DNA from: Candidatus Thorarchaeota archaeon
Lineage (GTDB): Archaea; Asgardarchaeota; Thorarchaeia; Thorarchaeales; Thorarchaeaceae
Assembly (NCBI GenBank): GCA_020348985.1
Contig: CP070761.1
Coordinates: 2,433,087-2,497,086 of the forward strand
Reading direction: 5' to 3'
Length of the DNA: 64,000 nucleotides
Shown: positions 57,722-64,000 of the stretch, piece by piece
Numbering within the stretch: the stretch's first letter is position 1
Layout: each line of letters opens with the position of its first letter
Translations under genes and position numbers: made by a program
The notes under the pieces: model-generated
What the model was told of the DNA's origin: nothing
Databases searched by the model: none
What the model saw: the letters and a program-made list of their open reading frames with translations, nothing else

Positions 57722-58225
57722 TCAGGCCCTTTTCCACCACGGTTCCGTTGCTTTCCAAGGGATAGTCTCTTTTGGTGGAGGATAGAAGTGTACGAGCAAG
57801 ACAGCAACTAGAAGAGAACTTGGTAATGGAGTCGGGTTAAATGCATGGGGCCATCCGGGTTCCCACAATAGAGGAAGAGTGTTGGCAAGGAAGAGCATGA
57901 GCGGAATTGCTAGACCAATGAACCAGGAAATAAACGCTCTTGGACCCGTTGTCTTTCCTCCATAGAGTCTCACCATCTGAAACGCAAAAATGAATTGAGG
58001 AAGCACGATTAACACGAGAACTTCAATGCTCCCGGCTCCGAAAAGGCGAAAACTAGACGAGAACGGAGTCAGACTGAGTAACCAGACTCCTGCAGTAATC
58101 ACGATACGATCTCTGTCGCCAGCGATGTTAAACGGTAAAAGGATGATGGCCAAAGCGACTGCTTGACCGACTCGCCATGGGCGAATCCCATCAATCAGGT
58201 TCTCTTTCTTCGTCATATCCTTCAC
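57722..58225 (-). CDS. Small multi-pass membrane protein, paralog of 58985..59497
   Basis: Shared PQF..RLY.GKTT, PLLW, PSSLLVAVL.VHFYPPP.ETIPWK..PWW. Confidence 0.8.
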   Translation of the reverse strand: MKDMTKKENLIDGIRPWRVGQAVALAIILLPFNIAGDRDRIVITAGVWLLSLTPFSSSFRLFGAGSIEVLVLIVLPQFIFAFQMVRLYGGKTTGPRAFISWFIGLAIPLMLFLANTLPLLWEPGWPHAFNPTPLPSSLLVAVLLVHFYPPPKETIPWKATEPWWKRA

Positions 58226-58242
58226 CGGAGACCTCTATAATC

Positions 58243-58512
58243 TTAAATCAAGGGGTCTAGTATGTTTAGTCCATCCCAATATCCTGATTCTCCCTTCAAG
58301 TAAAGATCACCATAGTAATCATAACACGATACATGAACCCAAATATCGGAGTCGTAGCCGCTAGCAACAAACGCACTGAACTCTCCATCCTCCCAAGTCC
58401 CACTATTGGCTTGTTCTCCCTCCGGGTCATGAGCCGCACTAACTGGCTTCGGCATCAGAAGGACCGAAATCATCACTGTGAGTCCTATTATTGTAAGCAA
58501 TCTTCTTCTCAC
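58243..58512 (-). CDS. Small secreted protein, possibly truncated
   Basis: Signal peptide MRRRLLTIIGLTVMISVLLMPKPVSA; upstream GAGG. Confidence 0.5.
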   Translation of the reverse strand: MRRRLLTIIGLTVMISVLLMPKPVSAAHDPEGEQANSGTWEDGEFSAFVASGYDSDIWVHVSCYDYYGDLYLKGESGYWDGLNILDPLI

Positions 58513-58771
58513 TACGCATCCCCTACCTCAATCATGAGGTAGTCAGCATTCGACTTCGATACAATATAAGGCGTGTAATGGCTACTTGAAATGCAGCGAG
58601 GGCTATACCTGTGAGCCCCGATCACTAGTCTCACACTTGGTAATACCCAAAACGCGGTAATGAACCTGTACTGAACAGCTGTATCAGCTACAGGACCGCA
58701 CCAGAACTTGTTGTTCTCCGCGGCCCGAAAAGCAAAGGAAACTGAATCGACTCTCGTGTGTAGTGCTGAGC

Positions 58772-58975
58772 TTATCTTATAATCCATTCTGCTAGCTGAG
58801 TGTTAGCTAAGTCATCCTGCACCTTTTCAAGAGCCTGGTTGAGCTTGAATGCCAAGTCACTCAAGTCCTTTGGCCTGTCTGACAGTTGTGATTTACTAAT
58901 CAATCGTAAGACAGCCAAGAGTGTCTTGAATGTGACAAACTGAGTTATCGTTCCGATTACCTACACACAAAGCGA
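58772..58975 (-). pseudogene. Gene remnant copy 2 (frameshift near 58938)
   Basis: Homologous to 57506..57706 at a 1266-bp offset. Confidence 0.5.
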
Positions 58976-58984
58976 TTCCTCCTG

Positions 58985-59497
58985 TCAGGTCTTGCTCCAC
59001 CATGGTTTCGTTTCTTTCCAAGGGATAGTCTCGCTTGGTGGCGGATAGAAATGCACAATCAACACGGCAACCAGAAGAGAGCTTGGAATAAGGATTGGCT
59101 TGAATGCGTAGGGCCAAAGTGAATCCCACAGTAATGGGAGCGAGTTCATCACGAATGTCAAGAGCTGATTTGAAACTCCAATGAACCAGGCAAGGAACGT
59201 CCGCCTACCAGTTGTCTTTCCTTCATACAGTCTTATCATCATATACACAAAGAGGAATTGTGGAATTATGTCTAGCACAATCCTTTGAGAGCTCAATACT
59301 TCGGGCTGCAGGATTATGAACCCAGACGAGATGGGATTCACAATCAACAGCCATACTCCAGATGAGAGCCAGAGATTATCTGGACTACCCGAAATAGTGA
59401 ATGGCAAGAAGAGAATGGCAAATATAATGACTCCGCCAACCCTCCCAGGGCTGAGTGGTGGCTCGTGGACTTCGCTTTCTGTCATGAATCTCACCAA
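58985..59497 (-). CDS. Small multi-pass membrane protein, paralog of 57722..58225
   Basis: Paralogy as above. Confidence 0.8.
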   Translation of the reverse strand: MVRFMTESEVHEPPLSPGRVGGVIIFAILFLPFTISGSPDNLWLSSGVWLLIVNPISSGFIILQPEVLSSQRIVLDIIPQFLFVYMMIRLYEGKTTGRRTFLAWFIGVSNQLLTFVMNSLPLLWDSLWPYAFKPILIPSSLLVAVLIVHFYPPPSETIPWKETKPWWSKT

Positions 59498-59725
59498 CAG
59501 AATCTTCTTTGGGCAGTCAGGTATTTAAAAGCCATTTTTCACTTCAATGTTCGCGACAATTCAGTCATCTTGTATCTAGGCTGAGGATAGGAAAGAATGA
59601 CCGAACTTATGTTGATCACCTAGCTTTCGCCGACGACTTTTACATGTCTCACCATCAAATGAGTTAAGAAGAGGAACTATCTTTTTCCCATTCTCACCCT
59701 GTAATTGCGCAGGAGGACCATAAGG

Positions 59726-61450
59726 ATGGATATATCGTTCAACGTGGGCGGTGCTGCCGGTCAAGGAATAGACACGATTGGGGACCTGCTTACTCAGGTC
59801 TTTGTCAGAGCCGGATTCTATACTTTCACAATCAAGGATTATGAGTCTAGGATCCGTGGGGGGTACAACTTCACTCAGATTCGTGTTTCGGATACGCCTG
59901 TCTTTGCTCCGGTCAGCGAGATCGATGTGGTGGTTGCGTTGTCTAGCGACGCCATCACTCAACCTCGAGACCGTCTGGTAGATGGCGGAGTAATCATTTA
60001 CGATGACTCGGTCGAATTTGAAGAGCGTGAAGCCTGTCACTTTGCAGCCCCTCTCCAATCAAAGGCGAAGGAAGTCGGCGGCGACAAGCGAATGACAAAC
60101 GCCGCCGCGCTCGGAGTGGTCTTGGCGGTCCTCCAGTTTCCATTCGAGCTTGCCGAGGAAGCTTTGTCTTCGATCTTCAAGAAAAAGGGTGACAGGGTCA
60201 TCAAACCCAATGTTGCAGTTGCAAAGACGCTCTATGACTTGACTACTGAGAGCTGGACTGGTGACTGTCGTCACAACCTCAGTTCACTGAAGACAGGGCC
60301 CTCCGAAGACCGATTACTTCTGAATGGAAACCGTGCTCTTGCACTCGGCGCAATGGCCGCCAATCTGAAGTGGATTTCAGCATACCCGATGAGTCCCTCC
60401 ACAACTGTCTTCCAAGACATAGTCTCAGTCGCTCGTGAGTTGAAAATCGGTTCACTACAAACGGAAGACGAGATATCAGCTATGTGTATGGCCATAGGTG
60501 CCTCTTATGCCGGAAGTAGGGCAATGGTGACCACATCTGGCGGAGGATTTTCACTCAAGGTTGAGGCGCTTGGCCTTGCGGCAATGGTTGAGACCCCTGT
60601 GGTCATTTTCAACGCACAGAGACCTGGGCCCAGCACGGGCCTACCTACAAGAACAGAGCAATCCGATTTGCTTTTCATGGCCCATGCTAGTCAGGGAGAG
60701 TTTCCGAGGATAATGCTTGCCCCCAAGGATCCTGTGGAAGGCTTTGATATCGCAACACGAGCATTCAACTTGGCTGATCAGTTCCAGGTTCCGGTCATGA
60801 TTCTTGGAGATCAGCACTTCTCTGATTCGGTCATGAATGTCCCACGAATTAATGCCACAGGAGTCAAGATAGACCGGGGGAAGATGGCACCATCTGGGCC
60901 AGTTCAGGAAGGGCCATACAAACGCTATCTCCTCACCGAAGATGGCATCTCTCCCAGGGCATTCCCTGGAGATGAAGGTAAGATGGTTTGCTCTGCAGGG
61001 AACGTACACACGGAGGAGGGCCATGTTTCAGAGAACCCTGAACTCCGGAATGCAATGGTACACAAGTTTCTCGCCAAGATGCCGGCGATTCTTGAAGCAC
61101 TAAACCCACCGATTATTGAAGGACCGAGGGAGGCAGAAACGACTCTTCTGACGTGGGGTTCTACTTGGGGTGCAGCATTCGAAGCCGTGAACAGAATGGC
61201 AGCCGATGGGGTCTCTGTTAACCAACTTCATTTCAGTGATATCTATCCACTACGAACTGAGACTCTCAATGCAGTCTTTGAGAGAGCGAAGAAAGTGATA
61301 GCTGTCGAGCAAAACGTCACTTCACAATTCGCTAGGCTCGTCCGAATGGAAACAGGTCTTGCTGTCAATCATCACATCAACAAGTATGACGGGAGACCCA
61401 TGACCGCGAATTGGATAATGAGCAAGCTAGAGGAGGTTGGATTGAAATGA
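59726..61450 (+). CDS. korA: 2-oxoacid:ferredoxin oxidoreductase alpha subunit (gamma-alpha fused, KorA type)
   Basis: GGAAGQG, YESRIRGG, YPMSP, EDEI, TSGGG, QRPGPSTGLPT. Confidence 0.9.
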   Translation: MDISFNVGGAAGQGIDTIGDLLTQVFVRAGFYTFTIKDYESRIRGGYNFTQIRVSDTPVFAPVSEIDVVVALSSDAITQPRDRLVDGGVIIYDDSVEFEEREACHFAAPLQSKAKEVGGDKRMTNAAALGVVLAVLQFPFELAEEALSSIFKKKGDRVIKPNVAVAKTLYDLTTESWTGDCRHNLSSLKTGPSEDRLLLNGNRALALGAMAANLKWISAYPMSPSTTVFQDIVSVARELKIGSLQTEDEISAMCMAIGASYAGSRAMVTTSGGGFSLKVEALGLAAMVETPVVIFNAQRPGPSTGLPTRTEQSDLLFMAHASQGEFPRIMLAPKDPVEGFDIATRAFNLADQFQVPVMILGDQHFSDSVMNVPRINATGVKIDRGKMAPSGPVQEGPYKRYLLTEDGISPRAFPGDEGKMVCSAGNVHTEEGHVSENPELRNAMVHKFLAKMPAILEALNPPIIEGPREAETTLLTWGSTWGAAFEAVNRMAADGVSVNQLHFSDIYPLRTETLNAVFERAKKVIAVEQNVTSQFARLVRMETGLAVNHHINKYDGRPMTANWIMSKLEEVGLK

Positions 61451-62313
61451 TTCAACGCGAACAGCTTGAAGGACCGCAGAAAGTCACATGGTGTCCCGGA
61501 TGCGGCAACTTTGGAATACTGTCTGCTCTCAAGAAAGCAGTGATGAAGCTGGATGTGAAGCATGAGAATCTAGTGATCGTGTCTGGTATAGGCTGCTCTG
61601 GCAAGTTGCCTCACTATATCAATCTGAATTGCTTCCATTCACTTCATGGAAGGGCTGTTCCAGTTGCTACTGGCGTTCATCTTGTAAACCAAGACCTCAA
61701 GGTCTTCGTTCATGCAGGAGATGGTGACTGTCTAGGCGAGGGGCTAGGGCATCTTCTCCACGCAGCTAGAAGGAACGTAGACCTTGCAGTGTTCATACAC
61801 AATAATGGCGTCATGGGATTGACAAAAGGCCAGTTCTCACCCACCGCTCCATTAGGTTACGTGTCAAAGACCTCTCCTCCCCCGCCTGGGGCACCGATGA
61901 AACCTGTTAGTGTTCTGGGCCTTGCGATCGGATCCGGTGCAACCTTTGTCGCCCGTGGATTCACCGCACGACAGGAAGAGCTCGCAGACCTCATGGTTGA
62001 GGCGTTCAACCACACCGGATTTGCTGTCTTAGACATCATTCAGCCGTGTGTCACGTGGAACCGTAAGTTGACCTGGAGCTACTACAACGAGAGAGTCTAC
62101 TCACTCGTCGAAGCTGGTCATGATGAAACAGACAAGATGAAAGCGATTGAGCGGGCCGAAGAAGGCGACGACAAAATCCCCTTAGGAATCCTCTATCGCG
62201 AAGCCGCTCCAGATCTCTCCACAGGCATTGCACTACCGGAAGACGGTAGATTGAAGGATCATGAGACCGACCTCAATGCTCTTCAAGAGATAATTGATAG
62301 ATTCATCATATAG
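61447..62313 (+). CDS. korB: 2-oxoacid:ferredoxin oxidoreductase beta subunit
   Basis: WCPGCG, SGIGCS, HGRA, GDGD, GLTKGQ, QPCVT. Confidence 0.92.
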   Translation: MIQREQLEGPQKVTWCPGCGNFGILSALKKAVMKLDVKHENLVIVSGIGCSGKLPHYINLNCFHSLHGRAVPVATGVHLVNQDLKVFVHAGDGDCLGEGLGHLLHAARRNVDLAVFIHNNGVMGLTKGQFSPTAPLGYVSKTSPPPPGAPMKPVSVLGLAIGSGATFVARGFTARQEELADLMVEAFNHTGFAVLDIIQPCVTWNRKLTWSYYNERVYSLVEAGHDETDKMKAIERAEEGDDKIPLGILYREAAPDLSTGIALPEDGRLKDHETDLNALQEIIDRFII

Positions 62314-62341
62314 AAGACATCTGTCACACAGAGGGAGCTGG

Positions 62342-63730
62342 ATGAACAAGAAACGGAAAGAGCAAGATGCTCTAGGTGAGCTTGAGGTTCCTACGGATGC
62401 TTATTGGGGTATCAGCACGCAGAGAGCTCTACATAACTTCAAGATTAGTGGACGGGCGTTTCCGGAGCGGTTCATTATTGCTCTGGCTCGAGTGAAGAAA
62501 GCGTGCCTCTTGGTAAACATGAAGAATGAAGACATCGATCAAGAAATCGGAAAGGCGACTCTACAAGCAGTCGACGAAATTCTCAAGGATGGCAAGTTCC
62601 TAGATCAGTTTCCCATTGACGTCTTCCAGACAGGTTCCGGAACTCAGACAAATATGAACATGAACGAAGTTCTGGCGAATCGGGCGAATGAGATTCTTGG
62701 CAAAGCATTAGGTACGAAATCTCCTGTCCATCCCAATGACCATGTAAACATGGGGCAGTCTTCGAATGACGTTATTCCCACAGCAATGCACCTTTCTGCT
62801 CTCGATGCTCTATCAAATGAGCTGTTCCCTGCAATCCACACGCTAATTCAGGCTCTTGAAAAGAAGATCGATGAGTTTGAGGGAGTTGTGAAAGTTGGGA
62901 GGACTCATCTTCAGGATGCGGTCCCGATACCTCTGTCAACAGAATTCGAGGTTTACAGAACTCAGATGATGGCAAGTTTCTCTAATCTCCAAAGCGTACG
63001 TGATGATTTGGTGACAGTGCCAATCGGTGGGACCGCCTTAGGGACTGGTATCAACGCACCAGGTGATTTCGGACCAAGGGTTTCTGAACAGCTTGCCAAG
63101 CTCGTTGAATTGCCAATAAAGAGCCATCCCATGAAAGCTGAAGGCATTGCATCCCACAGTGTAATTGTCAAAGCTAGTGGCGCTCTTCGACTCCTTGCTC
63201 TTGCCTGTCTCAAAATGGCCAACGACATCAGATGGATGGGAAGTGGGCCCCGGGCAGGTCTCGGAGAACTGATTCTTCCTGTAAACGAACCGGGAAGCAG
63301 CATTATGCCTGGGAAAGTCAATCCTACGCAAAGTGAGGCCCTAATTCAGGTGTGTATGCAAGTTATGGGACACGATGCAACGATAGCCTCTGCAGAGGGA
63401 TTTGGTAGCATACTTGATCTCAATGTAACAAAGCCCGTGATGATTGTGAATCTACTCGATGCGGTACAGATCCTCTCACGCGGTATTACTTCCTTTACCG
63501 AGAATTGTCTCTTGGGTCTAGAACCAAATAAGGAACAGATTCAGCGTCACCTTGACAGGAGTCTTATGATTGTGACTAGGCTCTCCCCGGTTATCGGCTA
63601 CGACCAGGCTTCTAAAGTAGCCAAGAGAGCGCTTGAGACTGGCAAAACAATCAGAGAGACAGTTCAACATATGGGTATCAAATTCGAGGGGGATCTTGAC
63701 GACATTCTCGATCCCCTAAAGATGGTCTGA
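62342..63730 (+). CDS. fumC: Class II fumarate hydratase
   Basis: QTGSGTQTNMN, HPNDHVN, SSND, GRTHLQDA, GSSIMPGKVNP. Confidence 0.93.
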   Translation: MNKKRKEQDALGELEVPTDAYWGISTQRALHNFKISGRAFPERFIIALARVKKACLLVNMKNEDIDQEIGKATLQAVDEILKDGKFLDQFPIDVFQTGSGTQTNMNMNEVLANRANEILGKALGTKSPVHPNDHVNMGQSSNDVIPTAMHLSALDALSNELFPAIHTLIQALEKKIDEFEGVVKVGRTHLQDAVPIPLSTEFEVYRTQMMASFSNLQSVRDDLVTVPIGGTALGTGINAPGDFGPRVSEQLAKLVELPIKSHPMKAEGIASHSVIVKASGALRLLALACLKMANDIRWMGSGPRAGLGELILPVNEPGSSIMPGKVNPTQSEALIQVCMQVMGHDATIASAEGFGSILDLNVTKPVMIVNLLDAVQILSRGITSFTENCLLGLEPNKEQIQRHLDRSLMIVTRLSPVIGYDQASKVAKRALETGKTIRETVQHMGIKFEGDLDDILDPLKMV

Positions 63731-63818
63731 ATGACTGCCCTTGTTTGAAAAACATCTTAAGCTTCCCTGGCCTGCATATCAGGTGGCAAGTGATTTGCCA
63801 GTGTCTGGAGATTACACA

Positions 63819-64000
63819 ATGACCTATTCGCATGATGCCTTGGTCGTGGGAGCTGGACTCTCTGGGCTTAGGGCTGCCATTGAGCTTGCAAAAGGCCACG
63901 ATGTCGCAATACTAACGAAAGTCCATCCCTTGAGATCTCATTCTGTTGCCGCACAAGGTGGAATCAATGCCTCAATAGGTGAAGACGATTCTTGGGAATC
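63819..64000 (+). CDS. sdhA: Succinate dehydrogenase/fumarate reductase flavoprotein, 5' part
   Basis: Manual translation MTYSHDALVVGAGLSGLRAAI..RSHSVAAQGGINA (covalent-FAD His motif); truncated by window end. Confidence 0.88.
   Translation, partial: MTYSHDALVVGAGLSGLRAAIELAKGHDVAILTKVHPLRSHSVAAQGGINASIGEDDSWE

Noticed and set aside
1-64000. Many short or antisense ORFs in the track (e.g. 5971..6678, 37303..38028, 53798..54424, 55876..56487)
   Set aside because: Shadow frames of well-supported genes, with no independent motifs

Overview
Gene-dense archaeal chromosomal segment, most likely from an Asgard archaeon and probably Thorarchaeia. This is inferred from a longin/NPRL2-like protein, an Smc5/6-type SMC operon, tandem double-Lrp regulators, a thermosome and the HMGS-thiolase-DUF35 cluster. 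Most of it is housekeeping and energy metabolism: porDAB, NfnAB, korAB, fumC, the start of sdhA, H+-PPase, CoA and mevalonate genes, trxB, nnr, a PadR-regulated heterodimeric ABC exporter and tRNA-Ala(UGC). The most notable region is about 28.6-38.5 kb. There an operon encodes a catalytically dead classical AAA+ protein, an Smc5/6-like ATPase, a kleisin, a KITE protein and a TFIIB-type Zn-ribbon/wHTH protein. It sits head-to-head with a MoxR ATPase and an HExxH/vWA protein, and is followed by an unannotated ~135-nt pseudoknotted RNA-like element. Other highlights are an 8x Zn-finger protein with an adaptin/COP appendage-like domain, a pseudo-dNTPase (HD-dead), an NPRL2-like longin protein, several other pseudoenzymes, and a decaying tandem cassette duplication at about 57.4-59.5 kb. 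No CRISPR array, rRNA or intact mobile element was seen. All family calls are by-eye motif recognition; no searches were run.
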